Shown in pieces: positions 1-9,642 of a stretch of DNA of 64,000 bases. Position 1 is the first letter of the stretch. The number at the start of each line of letters is the position of its first letter. The stretch is taken from contig JAECRO010000002.1 of NCBI GenBank assembly GCA_016000195.1, positions 65,602 through 129,601 on the forward strand, read 5' to 3'. The notes below the pieces were generated by a model. It saw nothing but the letters and a program-made list of their open reading frames with translations. It did no database searches and was not told the DNA's origin. The translations under genes and the position numbers were made by a program. The DNA comes from Burkholderiales bacterium (GTDB lineage: Bacteria > Pseudomonadota > Gammaproteobacteria > Burkholderiales > Burkholderiaceae_C).

Positions 1-1168
1 GCAGCACCGCGATCTTGGCGTCGTATTCGCTGCTGGCCGAAACGCCGGCGTAACCTTTGGTGCCGGCTTCCTTGTAGGCCCAGTGCGCCGCCACGCCATG
101 CTCGGCATGGTCGTGCATGGCCTGGGTGCGTATCTGGATTTCCATGGCCCGCCCGCACTCATCGCGGACAACCGTGTGCAGCGACTGGTAGCCGTTGGGC
201 TTGGGCTTGGCAATGTAGTCGTCAAACTCCCCCTTGATGGGTGAAAAGCACGAATGCACAAACCCCAGCGCCGCATAGCAGCCCTTCACATCGGCAGCAA
301 TCACGCGCATGGCCCGGATGTCAAACACCTGCTCGAAGTCAAGCGACTTGCCGCGCATTTTTTTGACAATGCTGTAGATGTGCTTGGGCCGGCCCTGCAC
401 CAGCGCGGCAATGCCGTTCTGGTTTAAATCCCGCTCAAGCTGCGCGCGCACAGCCTCCATGAAGACCTCGCGCTCCGCGCGTTTTTCATCGAGCAGCCGG
501 GCGATCTGTTTGTAGGTGTCAGGCTCCAGAAAGCGAAAGGACAGGTCTTCCATCTCCCACTTGATCTGCCAGATGCCCAGGCGGTTGGCCAGTGGCGCAA
601 ACACATGCAGCGACTCATGCGCCAAGGCCCTGGGCGCAGCCTGCCGGCTGGCCGCGTAATAGCGCAAGGTCTGCAGGCGTGAAGCCAGGCGCAGCATGAC
701 CACCCGCAGGTCGCGCGAAAACGCCAGCAGCATCCGGCGCACGTTCTCGGTCTGGGCGGCCGGGTCGTCATGCAGTTGCGATTTGGCGGCAACGGCGCGC
801 GTCTGGCGCTGCAGATAAATCAGCTTGGTGGTTTCCACCGCCAGCGCGGCATAGCTGGGGCCAAAAGCCTTGGCGATGACTTCCTGCGGCTTGTTGAGAT
901 GCGGGCAGGAATGCACTAAATATGTAGCGGCCTGCACCGCTTCGGAGCCGCCAATGGTTTTAAGAATGCCCACCACCGCATCCGCATGCGCCAGGATGTT
1001 TTCGCCGGTGTCCATGACTTCGCAGGCAATCAGCGGCTTGGCGAAAGCGCGGGCACGCATCAAGGCGTGCGGCTGATCGGGCAGGCTGTCGGCCGTGGCC
1101 GCGACGATGGAACTGAGCGAGTCCGGGGAAATTGCGGGGACGTGTGTTGCCGCCACTTTGTTTTTCAT
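1..1168 (-). CDS. relA: (p)ppGpp synthetase RelA, N-terminal ~389 codons; the 3' end lies beyond the window start
   Basis: My own reverse-strand translation from the ATG at complement 1166-1168 gives MKNKVAATHVPAIS...RVVMLRLASRLQTLRYY...GRPKHIYSIVKKMRGK...YIAKPKPNGYQSLHTVV...EIQIRTQAMHDHAEHGVAAHWAYKE, a RelA/SpoT synthetase-domain signature. It is absent from the ORF track because the ORF is open at the window edge. Confidence 0.85.
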   Translation of the reverse strand, partial: MKNKVAATHVPAISPDSLSSIVAATADSLPDQPHALMRARAFAKPLIACEVMDTGENILAHADAVVGILKTIGGSEAVQAATYLVHSCPHLNKPQEVIAKAFGPSYAALAVETTKLIYLQRQTRAVAAKSQLHDDPAAQTENVRRMLLAFSRDLRVVMLRLASRLQTLRYYAASRQAAPRALAHESLHVFAPLANRLGIWQIKWEMEDLSFRFLEPDTYKQIARLLDEKRAEREVFMEAVRAQLERDLNQNGIAALVQGRPKHIYSIVKKMRGKSLDFEQVFDIRAMRVIAADVKGCYAALGFVHSCFSPIKGEFDDYIAKPKPNGYQSLHTVVRDECGRAMEIQIRTQAMHDHAEHGVAAHWAYKEAGTKGYAGVSASSEYDAKIAVL

Positions 1169-1189
1169 GAAACCTTTGTCTCGTTATTT

Positions 1190-2125
1190 TTATGTGCGTA
1201 AACGTAAAAGCAGGAAATCTGCCACTGCAGCAATCTGTTCTTTCGCAATCAGCGTCGGCGCATGCCCAACGCCTTCAAACTCAACCACTCGGGCACGCGG
1301 GCCGCGCTGCATCATGGCATGGGCGGTCTGCGGGCTCAACAAATCAGACTGCGCGCCACGCAGCACCAGCGTTTCGGCCTGAATGCCATCGTAAAGCTGC
1401 CAGAGCATGGCCTCGCCCTGCTGCGCGCCCTCTTCAGTAGTCAGCCGGAACGGGCCGGCAATGGCCGGGTCGTAATGCAGGCGCAGCGGGCTGCCAGCTG
1501 CCGCCGATACGGGCTTGACCATGGGCAGCGACAGCGCCAGCCATTGCTCCGGCGTGTGCGGGCCAAAGCTGGCGGAAATCTTCCACATCGCATCGGCCGC
1601 TTCCTGGACCGTGTCGAAGTGGCCGGACTGCCCCAGGTAAGCGCCAATGCGCTGAATAGCCTGCCACTGGAGCGCCGGACCCACGTCGTTCAGCACCAGT
1701 TTGCGGACCGGCACCGGAAGCGGCAAGCCTGGCTGGCCGCAAACCACCATGCCAATCAGCCCGCCCATGCTGGTGCCGACCCAGTCCAGCGTGGTGATGG
1801 GCGACTGCGCATGCAGATGCGCCAGCAGGGACAGCATGTCCGCCGCATAAGCCGGCACCTGGTAGCCCATCGGGTCTTTCAGCCAGTCGCTTTCGCCGCG
1901 GCCCGCCACGTCAGGGCAAACCACGCGGATGCCGCCCAAAGATGATGACCCGGCCTGTTCGCACAAGGCCTGCGCCAGCACGTCAAAGTCGCGGCCCTGG
2001 CGGGTCAGTCCATGCACGCACAGCACCACATGCGGGCTGTCGGGCTGGCCCCATTGCCAGTAAGCCATGCGGTGGCCGTCGGCGGCATCGGGACAGGTGA
2101 CGTAATTCAGGCTGGGTTCAGTCAT
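1190..2125 (-). CDS. alpha/beta-fold hydrolase
   Basis: ORF 1190..2227(-) has HGLTRQGRDFD and the nucleophile elbow GTSMGG. Start moved to the internal ATG (MTEPSLNY, complement 2123-2125). Divergent from bdhA. Confidence 0.8.
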   Translation of the reverse strand: MTEPSLNYVTCPDAADGHRMAYWQWGQPDSPHVVLCVHGLTRQGRDFDVLAQALCEQAGSSSLGGIRVVCPDVAGRGESDWLKDPMGYQVPAYAADMLSLLAHLHAQSPITTLDWVGTSMGGLIGMVVCGQPGLPLPVPVRKLVLNDVGPALQWQAIQRIGAYLGQSGHFDTVQEAADAMWKISASFGPHTPEQWLALSLPMVKPVSAAAGSPLRLHYDPAIAGPFRLTTEEGAQQGEAMLWQLYDGIQAETLVLRGAQSDLLSPQTAHAMMQRGPRARVVEFEGVGHAPTLIAKEQIAAVADFLLLRLRT

Positions 2126-2250
2126 GGTGGAGTTCCCGGAAAAAGGCTGGAGAAGGCTTGATAATTGATTCGGCAAATTTTGCGCCGCCTGGCGCGTAAA
2201 GCGCTGCTCAAATCTCAAGTCAACCATCGTAAATCATCAGGAGAAACTTC

Positions 2251-3033
2251 ATGCTCAAAGGTAAAACAGCTCTTGTCACAGGCTCGACCAGCGGTATCGG
2301 TCTGGGCATTGCCAAGGCTCTGGCCGAACAGGGCGCCAACATCGTCCTGAACGGATTTGGCGATGTGGACGGACCCAGGGCCGCGATTGCCGCGCTGGGC
2401 GTGAAGGTCGCCTACCACGGCGCCGACATGAGCAAGCCGGCCGAAATCGCGGACATGATGAAGTATGCCGCCGCCGAGTTTGGACAGGTCGATATTCTGG
2501 TCAACAACGCCGGCATCCAGCACGTTGCCCGGATTGAAGACTTTCCGGTTGAAAAATGGGACGCGATCATTGCCATCAACCTGAGCAGCGCCTTTCATGC
2601 GACGCGCCTGGCGCTGCCCGCCATGCAGGCGGCCGACAACGGCAAGGGCTGGGGCCGCATCATCAACCTCGCGTCTGTACACGGCCTGGTGGGTTCCGCC
2701 GAAAAATCAGCCTACGTGGCGGCCAAGCACGGCCTTGTCGGCCTGACCAAGGTGACGGCCCTTGAAAACGCCACCAGCGGCGTGACGTGCAATGCCATCT
2801 GCCCGGGCTGGGTGCTGACGCCGCTGGTGCAAAAACAGGTCGATGCCCGGGCTGCGGAAAACGGCATCGGCAATGAAGCGGCCAAGCAGCAACTGCTGGG
2901 CGAAAAAGAACCTTCGATGCAGTTCACCACACCTGAAGAACTGGGCGCGCTGGCGGTGTTTTTCTGCTCGCCGGCCGGCGCCAATATCCGGGGCGTGGCG
3001 TGGAACATGGACGGCGGCTGGACCGCGCAGTAA
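2251..3033 (+). CDS. bdhA: D-beta-hydroxybutyrate dehydrogenase (SDR family)
   Basis: N-terminus MLKGKTALVTGSTSGIGLGIAKALAEQGANIVLNGFGD and catalytic YVAAKHG (YxxxK). Length 260 aa. Confidence 0.9.
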   Translation: MLKGKTALVTGSTSGIGLGIAKALAEQGANIVLNGFGDVDGPRAAIAALGVKVAYHGADMSKPAEIADMMKYAAAEFGQVDILVNNAGIQHVARIEDFPVEKWDAIIAINLSSAFHATRLALPAMQAADNGKGWGRIINLASVHGLVGSAEKSAYVAAKHGLVGLTKVTALENATSGVTCNAICPGWVLTPLVQKQVDARAAENGIGNEAAKQQLLGEKEPSMQFTTPEELGALAVFFCSPAGANIRGVAWNMDGGWTAQ

Positions 3034-3039
3034 ACGGGT

Positions 3040-4149
3040 TTAGCGCTCGGACAGCAGCAGCAGCCGGCTCACGCAGTCGCCAATGGCCAGCGAACTCGTG
3101 AGCCCCGGCGACTCAATGCCGAACAGGTTGACCAGTCCGGCCACGCCATGCACCGCAGGCCCCTGGATCAAAAAGTCTTTTGCCGGCGCATCAGGCGCAT
3201 GGATTTTGGGGCGTATGCCGGCATAGCCCGGCCTCAGGGCGCCGTCCTGCAGCGCCGGCCAGTACTTGCGCACTTCAGCATAAAAAGCCTCGCCCCGCGC
3301 CGCGTCCACCACCAGGTCATCGGGCGAATCGACCCATTGCACATCGGGGCCGAATTTGGCCTGCCCGCCCAGGTCAACGGTCAGGTGAACGCCCAGGCCT
3401 GCCGCTTCGGGCACCGGGTAAATCAGCCGCAAAAACGGTGAGCGCCCCGCCAGCGTGAAGTAATTGCCTTTGGCGTAATGGCTGGGCGGCACCCACCGCG
3501 CATCCAGCCCGGCAAAGCGCAGCGCCAGCGCCTGCGCCTGCAGGCCCGCCGCGTTGACGACCATTCCGGCCTGCAGCTCGGTACCGTCATTCGCTACCAA
3601 AGTAATAGCACTTGAGGCACAGTGGGCGTGCGCAAGAGGCGAATTAAGCGCTAAAAGTCCGCCTGCGTCCTCCAGATCGCCCTGCAGCGCCAGCATCAGG
3701 GCATGGCTGTCAATGATGCCGGTGCCGGGGGAATGCACCGCAGCCACGCATTCAAGCTGCGGCTCCAGCGCCCTGGCCTCTTCACGCGTCAGCAGCGCCA
3801 GGTCATGCACGCCGTTGGCCTGGGCCTTGCTGATGATGCCCTGCAATTGCGCCACCTGCGCATCGCTGGTGGCGACCAGCAGCTTGCCGCAGCGGCTGTG
3901 GTCAATGCCGCGCGCGGCGCAGTAGTCGTAAAGCATGGCCTTGCCCGTGACGCAAAGCCCGGCCTTGAGCGAGCCCTGCGGGTAATAAATCCCCGCATGA
4001 ATGACCTCGCTGTTGCGCGAACTGGTGCCGGTGCCTATCGCGTCCGCCGCTTCCAGCACCATCACCTCCCGGCCCCGCAACGCCAGGGCACGCGCAACGG
4101 CAAGCCCCACCACGCCCGCGCCAATCACCACACAATCGATCCTGTCCAT
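3040..4149 (-). CDS. FAD-dependent oxidoreductase (DAO / L-2-hydroxyglutarate oxidase-like)
   Basis: N-terminal dinucleotide fold [27 protein letters not shown] and [14 protein letters not shown]. Length 369 aa. Confidence 0.8.
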   Translation of the reverse strand: MDRIDCVVIGAGVVGLAVARALALRGREVMVLEAADAIGTGTSSRNSEVIHAGIYYPQGSLKAGLCVTGKAMLYDYCAARGIDHSRCGKLLVATSDAQVAQLQGIISKAQANGVHDLALLTREEARALEPQLECVAAVHSPGTGIIDSHALMLALQGDLEDAGGLLALNSPLAHAHCASSAITLVANDGTELQAGMVVNAAGLQAQALALRFAGLDARWVPPSHYAKGNYFTLAGRSPFLRLIYPVPEAAGLGVHLTVDLGGQAKFGPDVQWVDSPDDLVVDAARGEAFYAEVRKYWPALQDGALRPGYAGIRPKIHAPDAPAKDFLIQGPAVHGVAGLVNLFGIESPGLTSSLAIGDCVSRLLLLSER

Positions 4150-4254
4150 TCAAACGCCCTCGAATCCTTCGATCACATTGACGGCATTCGTGCCCAGCGC
4201 CGCCGCCGTCGCCGCCGCATAACCGCCGTCCAGCACAAACACCGTCTAAAAGCC

Positions 4255-5100
4255 TCAAAGCAGCCGTGGATCGGTTTTCAGCAGCAGCCCGACCAGCGAA
4301 TGCAAGTGCGCCTTCAGCGTGTCAAAACCCGGCGTCAATGCCAGCGTTTCTTCATCCATGTAGAGCTTGCGGTTGATCTCAAGCTGGATGCTGTGCCGAT
4401 GCGCTGCCGGCTTGCCGTAGCGCCGCACCAGTTCCACGCCTTTGTAGGGATGGTTGTACGCCACGTTGTAGCCCAGCGACTCCAGGTGCGTACACACCAG
4501 CCGGGACAAGGCCGCGCCGGCCGTGCTGCCATCGCGGTCGCCGACCACGAAATCGGCATGCTTTTCGCCCGGAAAGTCGGTGGCGTGGCTGGACGCAACG
4601 GCAGGCATCGAATGGCAGTTGACATGAATGCTGTAGCCATGCCCGGCATGCGCCGCATCAATCGCCTGCGCGACTGCCGCGTGGTACGTTTTCCAGCATT
4701 GCTCGATGCGCGTGCTCACTTCTTCCACCGACAGCCGGCGCTCATAAATCGGCAGGCCATCGTCCGTGGTGCGCCAGATCAGCCCCTTGCCAAGCCGCAC
4801 CTTGGAAAGCAGCCCGGGGTCGGTTTCGACCGGATGCGGCCAGGGCTCGTCGAGCAGCGAAACATCCAGCTCCGTGGTGTTGCGGTTGGCATCGAGGTAA
4901 CTGCGCGGAAAATGCGCCTCGATCCAGTGCGCGCCCAGGCCGGGGGCGAAGTCATACAGCTTTTCAACATGGGTGTCTTCAGCGCGCCGCAGCACGGACA
5001 TCTCGCAGGTGTAGAGAAAATCCGGCGGATAAACCACGCCGCTGTGGGGAGAGTCAAGAACCAGGGCGCTGCTGCCGGGAAGGTGGGTGATGAGCTGCAT
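4255..5100 (-). CDS. N-formylglutamate amidohydrolase family protein
   Basis: LDSPHSG and VNCHSMP motifs. Length 281 aa. Confidence 0.8.
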   Translation of the reverse strand: MQLITHLPGSSALVLDSPHSGVVYPPDFLYTCEMSVLRRAEDTHVEKLYDFAPGLGAHWIEAHFPRSYLDANRNTTELDVSLLDEPWPHPVETDPGLLSKVRLGKGLIWRTTDDGLPIYERRLSVEEVSTRIEQCWKTYHAAVAQAIDAAHAGHGYSIHVNCHSMPAVASSHATDFPGEKHADFVVGDRDGSTAGAALSRLVCTHLESLGYNVAYNHPYKGVELVRRYGKPAAHRHSIQLEINRKLYMDEETLALTPGFDTLKAHLHSLVGLLLKTDPRLL

Positions 5101-5205
5101 GAGCCGACTTTAGCAGCAGCTTTCACCCCCCGCTAAAAACCCGCGTGCAGCCAGCCCAAAACCCCGGGCCACGGAACTTCCGCCGCTCAAGCGGTTCCAA
5201 CAAGT

Positions 5206-5250
5206 TGCAGAAAGCTGCAGAAAGCTGCAGAAAGCTGCAGAAAGCTGCAG
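5206..5250. repeat. Perfect 10-bp tandem repeat (TGCAGAAAGC) x4.5
   Basis: Read directly: tgcagaaagc repeated head to tail in the intergenic region 130 bp upstream of the outer-membrane protein gene. Confidence 0.95.
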
Positions 5251-5380
5251 TTTGTCATACACAACATTATCTTTTGACCCCACAGTCGCATTTAACGGCA
5301 TCCTTGGCATCGTTAAGGGACTCAAGGCAAAGGTTTGTGTTTGCAGGCACTTTTCGTTATTTATCCATTGAAGGAGCATC

Positions 5381-5971
5381 ATGAAATCATTGCACCGTAC
5401 CTTTTCAGCAGCCGTTCTGGCGGTAGCTGCATTGACGGCAGCCGCCGGCGCACAAGCCCAGAGCAATTACTCCTTGTATGCCCCCGGTTCCGGCTATGTG
5501 GGCCTGAATGCCGGCCAGTCCAGCTATTCGCTGGGCAACGGCCTGAGCCTGTTTTCAGCCGACGACCACGACACGGCCTACAACATTTATACCGGCAGCT
5601 TCTTTAACCAGAACTTCGGCGCTGAACTGGGCTATACCGATTTCGGCAAGATTGACCGGGCTGGCGGCAGAACCAAGGCAGAAGGCATCAACCTGAGCCT
5701 GGTCGGCAGAGTCCCGGTCAGCCAGTCGTTCAACCTGCTGGGCAAACTGGGCACGACCTACGGCCGGACCGATGTGTCGTCACTGCCTGGCTCGGGCGTT
5801 GCCTCCGGCAAGGAAACCGGCTTTGGCGTGTCCTACGGCCTGGGTGCCGAATACGTGTTCAACCCGCAACTGTCAGCCGTGCTCCAGTATGACGAGCACC
5901 GGCTGAAATTTGCGGGCGAAGGCCGGGACAGCATCAGCGCCACCACCGTGGGGCTGCGCTACCGCTTCTAA
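5381..5971 (+). CDS. outer-membrane beta-barrel protein (OmpA-like transmembrane / OmpW-type small barrel)
   Basis: Signal peptide MKSLHRTFSAAVLAVAALTAAAGAQA, alternating beta-strand pattern, C-terminal GLRYRF ending in Phe. GGAG-type ribosome-binding site (gaaggagcatcATG). Confidence 0.8.
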   Translation: MKSLHRTFSAAVLAVAALTAAAGAQAQSNYSLYAPGSGYVGLNAGQSSYSLGNGLSLFSADDHDTAYNIYTGSFFNQNFGAELGYTDFGKIDRAGGRTKAEGINLSLVGRVPVSQSFNLLGKLGTTYGRTDVSSLPGSGVASGKETGFGVSYGLGAEYVFNPQLSAVLQYDEHRLKFAGEGRDSISATTVGLRYRF

Positions 5972-6005
5972 ACCCCCTCAGGCGCCTGCCAGCGCCGCAA
6001 AGCAA

Positions 6006-6036
6006 GGCCTGCAAACCGTGGTTTGCAGGCCTTTTT
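6006..6036 (+). terminator. Rho-independent terminator
   Basis: GGCCTGCAAACC-gtg-GTTTGCAGGCC followed by TTTTT, 35 bp after the barrel-protein stop. Confidence 0.85.
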
Positions 6037-6050
6037 ACTTTGGGTATGTG

Positions 6051-6094
6051 TTTACTATTGAAAAAGTAGCAGCCCGGTGCCGCGCAGCCTGCGG
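6051..6094 (-). repeat. Short dispersed repeat (SDR family), copy 1
   Basis: Reverse complement reads CTGCGCGGcaccgGGCTGCTACTTTTTCAATAGTAAA, matching the family pattern of a TGCGC hairpin followed by GCAGCTAnnAAAAnnATAGTAA. Confidence 0.7.
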
Positions 6095-6216
6095 TTAATG
6101 CCATTTTCATTGCCCGGCGATGTGCGCAGCACGGCCACCCGCCCGGCCTTCGCTGATGCGCCGGGCGGATCAGCGAAAATACCCCCAATCCTTGCCTGCC
6201 TCGCAAAACCCGCCTC

Positions 6217-6660
6217 ATGCATCACCACAAGTCAGTCACCGAACGTTTTTTCCATGCCTTGGGGTTCGAGGTGCTGGCGATTGCCATCTGCGCACCGCTG
6301 GGCGCATGGCTGCTGGGCTATTCGCTGGGGCATATCGGCTTGCTGACGCTGATGATTTCCCTGATCGCAATGAGCTGGAACATGCTGTTTAACCTCATGT
6401 TCGACCATGCCCAGCGCCGCATGGGCTTTGACCGCACGCTGGTGGCGCGCGCCATTCATGCCCTTGTCTTTGAAGTCGGATTGCTGCTGGCGGTGGTGCC
6501 GCTGGCCGCCTGGTGGCTGGACATCGGCCTGTGGCAGGCGTTTGTGCTGGACATCGGCATTGCGCTGTTTTTCCTGCCCTACACCGTTGCCTTCAACTGG
6601 ACCTATGACCACCTGCGGGAACGCTTCATCGTGCGGAAAATCCGCCGCACGCAAACCTGA
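6217..6660 (+). CDS. PACE-family (AceI-like) efflux transporter, tandem BTP domains
   Basis: 147 aa with four predicted TM helices. Duplicated motif RFFHALGFEVLAI / RAIHALVFEVGLL, each with the conserved membrane Glu. Confidence 0.75.
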   Translation: MHHHKSVTERFFHALGFEVLAIAICAPLGAWLLGYSLGHIGLLTLMISLIAMSWNMLFNLMFDHAQRRMGFDRTLVARAIHALVFEVGLLLAVVPLAAWWLDIGLWQAFVLDIGIALFFLPYTVAFNWTYDHLRERFIVRKIRRTQT

Positions 6661-6681
6661 AACTCCGTCCACGCCACCAGC

Positions 6682-7497
6682 TCAATGCATGCGGTCAAGC
6701 GGCAGAACGCTTGACTGGACGCAGTCAAACCGTCCGCTGGCCGGCTGGAAATCCCAGCGCTCCAGCCGGCACGACAGCAGCGGGGCCGTGCCTTCATAAC
6801 GCAGCAGATTGACGGAGTTGGGAATGCCCTGGCGCAGCCGCGTTGAAAGCGCCGTGCCCGCCTGCACGCACCACAGCCGGCGCCCCATTCCGTTGAGCCG
6901 GGTGGACAAGTCGCACAGGTAAGGCAGGTGAATATGGCCGCCCATCACGATGTCGGCGCCCGCCTCCGCCCAGGCATGCACCGCCGGCTCCCAGCCGCGC
7001 AGGCGGTCATGCTGGTCCTCGGCGTGCAGCACATGCACCGGCTGGTGAACCACCACGATGCGCAACTGCGCCGCAGCGGAGCGCGCCAGTTCGGCCACGA
7101 CCCGCCCGATTTGCGCAGCCGAGACTTCGCCATTCTTGTGCCGCCAGCGTCGCGTGGTCTTGACGCCAATGACATGCAGCAAGGGCGTGGACACCACCGG
7201 CTCCAGCACCGGGCCAAAGGCCTGCAGAAAACGTGCATAGGGGGTGAACAAGCGCTGGCAGAGATTGAGCAGCGGAATGTCGTGGTTGCCCGCAATCGCC
7301 AGCATCCGGGGTATTGCCAGGCGGTCGCAGAAAGCGCGCGCATCGGTGAACTGCGACACCCGGGCGCGCTGGGTAATGTCGCCCGACAGCACCAGCACAT
7401 CGGGCTGCTGCTCTTGGGCCAGTTGCGCCAGCGCCTGCATCACGGCCGGCTGGACCGTGCCGAAATGCGGATCGGAGATTTGCAACAGGCAGGCCAT
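6682..7497 (-). CDS. metallophosphoesterase
   Basis: ISDPHFG, GDITQR and GNHD motifs. Start moved to MACLLQISDPHFG (complement 7495-7497), 7 nt after the stop of the upstream gene. Confidence 0.8.
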   Translation of the reverse strand: MACLLQISDPHFGTVQPAVMQALAQLAQEQQPDVLVLSGDITQRARVSQFTDARAFCDRLAIPRMLAIAGNHDIPLLNLCQRLFTPYARFLQAFGPVLEPVVSTPLLHVIGVKTTRRWRHKNGEVSAAQIGRVVAELARSAAAQLRIVVVHQPVHVLHAEDQHDRLRGWEPAVHAWAEAGADIVMGGHIHLPYLCDLSTRLNGMGRRLWCVQAGTALSTRLRQGIPNSVNLLRYEGTAPLLSCRLERWDFQPASGRFDCVQSSVLPLDRMH

Positions 7498-7504
7498 GCG
7501 CGGC

Positions 7505-8500
7505 TTATTCAACCTTGACCTGATCGGCGGGCGTTGGCACCAGCAGCAGCAAGGGCTCTGGCGCCACTTCAAACACCAGCGGCGTCTGCATCCAGACGAT
7601 TTCGCCGTCCGTGGCGACCTTGATGCGCTTCATGCCCCTGGGCGTCACCGTCAGCCGCCGAAAGGAAAAACTGCGGATGTTGTCGGCATCGCCCAGCCTC
7701 CCGAGCAAGCCACGCAGCAGCAAGCCAAACAGCGCCAGCGTGCCGATGGGGCGGACCGCCACGGCGGCAAGCTGCCCCTGCGCCACCGCCTCGGCATGTT
7801 GCGCATCAATGCCAGCCCGCGTCAGCTGCAGCCGGTTGTTGCCGACGAACAGCGTTGGCGTGCGCAGTGACGCGGCCTGGCCCGCCGACTCGATGCGCAG
7901 CTGGAGCTGGCGGCGGGACTGCAGCAAGGTCGCCATGCCCGCCAGGAAAGCCACGAAACGGCTGCGTCCGAGCTGCTGCTTCCAGGCTTCGCGGTCCTCC
8001 AGTATCTGGGGGTACAGGCCGACGCTGGCATTGACCAGGAACAGCCGGCCATTGACCTTGCCGGCCTGGACCGGCGAGATCAGCCCGCTCAACAGCACAC
8101 GGGCCGCCTTGCCGCTGTCCTGCGAAATCGCATTGTCCCGGCCAAAGTAATTAAAGGTGCCCTGGGGCAGCACGCCAAAGGGGCAGCCGCTGCCCAGCAC
8201 CGCGTTGGCCACCGCATTGATGGTGCCGTCGCCGCCGGCAGCCACCACCACGCCCTGGCGTGCCTTGGCCAGCGCGACGGCGCGCCGGGCCAGCACGTCG
8301 ATGGGCTCTGTTTCGTCGAACGCCAAAAATTCGAAATCGCGCCCGCCGGCCTGCAGGACGCGGCCGATGGCCTGCTTTTCGGCTTCAGCGTCACGGTGGC
8401 CCGCGCCTGCATTGAACACAATGAAGAAAGGCCCCTGGCGTGCGGCCTGGCTGGCAAATTCCCGGGTATCAGTCATGCCGAAAGCATAGACGCGCTGCAT
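7505..8500 (-). CDS. diacylglycerol/lipid kinase family protein (YegS-like)
   Basis: FFIVFNAGAGHRD and VVAAGGDGTINAV (DAGK catalytic domain). The start could instead be the ATG at complement 8474-8476. Confidence 0.75.
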   Translation of the reverse strand: MQRVYAFGMTDTREFASQAARQGPFFIVFNAGAGHRDAEAEKQAIGRVLQAGGRDFEFLAFDETEPIDVLARRAVALAKARQGVVVAAGGDGTINAVANAVLGSGCPFGVLPQGTFNYFGRDNAISQDSGKAARVLLSGLISPVQAGKVNGRLFLVNASVGLYPQILEDREAWKQQLGRSRFVAFLAGMATLLQSRRQLQLRIESAGQAASLRTPTLFVGNNRLQLTRAGIDAQHAEAVAQGQLAAVAVRPIGTLALFGLLLRGLLGRLGDADNIRSFSFRRLTVTPRGMKRIKVATDGEIVWMQTPLVFEVAPEPLLLLVPTPADQVKVE

Positions 8501-8567
8501 CGACGGGCCTGTCAGCCAAGTCCGCTTTCAGGCCGAAGCATGGATCTGGCGGCATTCGCTCAAGGCG

Positions 8568-9296
8568 TCAGGGACGGGCCGGCAGCGGCAGCATCTGCAC
8601 CGAGCCGGAAACATTCACCAGCACCGTGCTTTTGCCGGCCTCCACCGGCACCGCAGACTCGGCCATGTCCGACTTGGCACTCATCGCCACCATGCGCGGG
8701 CGCGGCGTGAAGCCCTGGTCATTGGCGTTGATCGACACCTCGCGCAAGGCATAGCCGCCAAAGCCAAAAGCGCTGGAAATCTCGCCCGCCCTGGCCTTGA
8801 AACGCTCGATGGCCTGCGCCTGGGCCTCGCCCTCGACCTTGGCGCGCTGCTCGCGGCTCAATGCAAAGCTCACGCTGCCCAGGGTCAGGCTCTGGATCTT
8901 GCCGGCCGTGCCGGTGATGCGCGGAAAGTCCTTGCCTTCAAGCACCAGTTCGGTCAAGCCCTGCCAGCCGTTGATTTTTCCGTCCTTGCCGTAGCGCGGA
9001 TACAGGCTGAAATTGCCGGTGCGCACATCCATCAGCCCGGGCAATGCGGCTTGCCTGGCCTGGGTCAGGGCGGCGTCGAGCGCCTGCTTGAGCTGGGTTT
9101 GCACCGTGCCGGCGTCCGGGCCGTCGCGGCTGGTGGTCATCGAAATCGACAGCAAGTCCTGTTGCACCTCCACCGAACCGCTGGCGGAAAGCTGGGCCAC
9201 GTTTTTCAGCGGCTCATTCGGCATATTTTGGGCAAACAGGCCTGTTGCGCATACGGCAAGGGCACAGGCAGCTATTAATTTAGTAGTAGGCATCAT
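8568..9296 (-). CDS. SIMPL-domain (DUF541, YggE-like) periplasmic protein
   Basis: Start at MMPTTKLIAACALAVCATGLFAQ (signal peptide). VEVQQDLLSISMTT... is the family-typical N-terminal strand. The signal-peptide codons coincide with SDR copy 2. Confidence 0.7.
   Translation of the reverse strand: MMPTTKLIAACALAVCATGLFAQNMPNEPLKNVAQLSASGSVEVQQDLLSISMTTSRDGPDAGTVQTQLKQALDAALTQARQAALPGLMDVRTGNFSLYPRYGKDGKINGWQGLTELVLEGKDFPRITGTAGKIQSLTLGSVSFALSREQRAKVEGEAQAQAIERFKARAGEISSAFGFGGYALREVSINANDQGFTPRPRMVAMSAKSDMAESAVPVEAGKSTVLVNVSGSVQMLPLPARP
9245..9290 (+). repeat. Short dispersed repeat (SDR family), copy 2, inside the SIMPL gene 5' end
   Basis: TTGCGCAtacggcaaggGCACAGGCAGCTATTAATTTAGTAGTAGG on the + strand. 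The opposite strand encodes TTKLIAACALAVCA. Confidence 0.7.
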
Positions 9297-9642
9297 GCTG
9301 ATTCCAGCTTTCAGGAATATGAAAAAGGCATTCAGGACCGACAAAACGCCGTGCGGGCCGGCACGGCATCAAGCGTGTGGCAAGGTAGCATGAAGACGGT
9401 AAAAACCTTGTAGTCTTGCGCCTTGAATCGCCTGCCTTGCGCCGCGTCCTGTCAAGGCCGGCAACCCTGAAGGCCGTGCATCCGGCAATGTGTCATTGAT
9501 TGCAAAATACACTTTTTGTTCCTTATTTCGGCTACCGCCAGCAATCGAAATAAGTGTAATAAATAGTTCTTTTGAGTTAAAAAAAAGACATTCCCTTTTT
9601 TCAGCCCGCAAAATGGCCTCTGTTACATATTAAAAGACCATC

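Noticed and set aside
3703-5136. 477-aa + strand ORF overlapping the FAD oxidoreductase and FGase genes
   Set aside because: It is antisense to two motif-supported genes and gives an Arg/His/Ala-rich translation.
9369-9642. A/T-rich region upstream of ompR with an inverted repeat CTTATTTCG-N15-CGAAATAAG (9522-9554), and ORF 9369..9611(-)
   Set aside because: The ORF has atypical composition and no support. The inverted repeat may be a regulator site, but I have no evidence beyond the symmetry.
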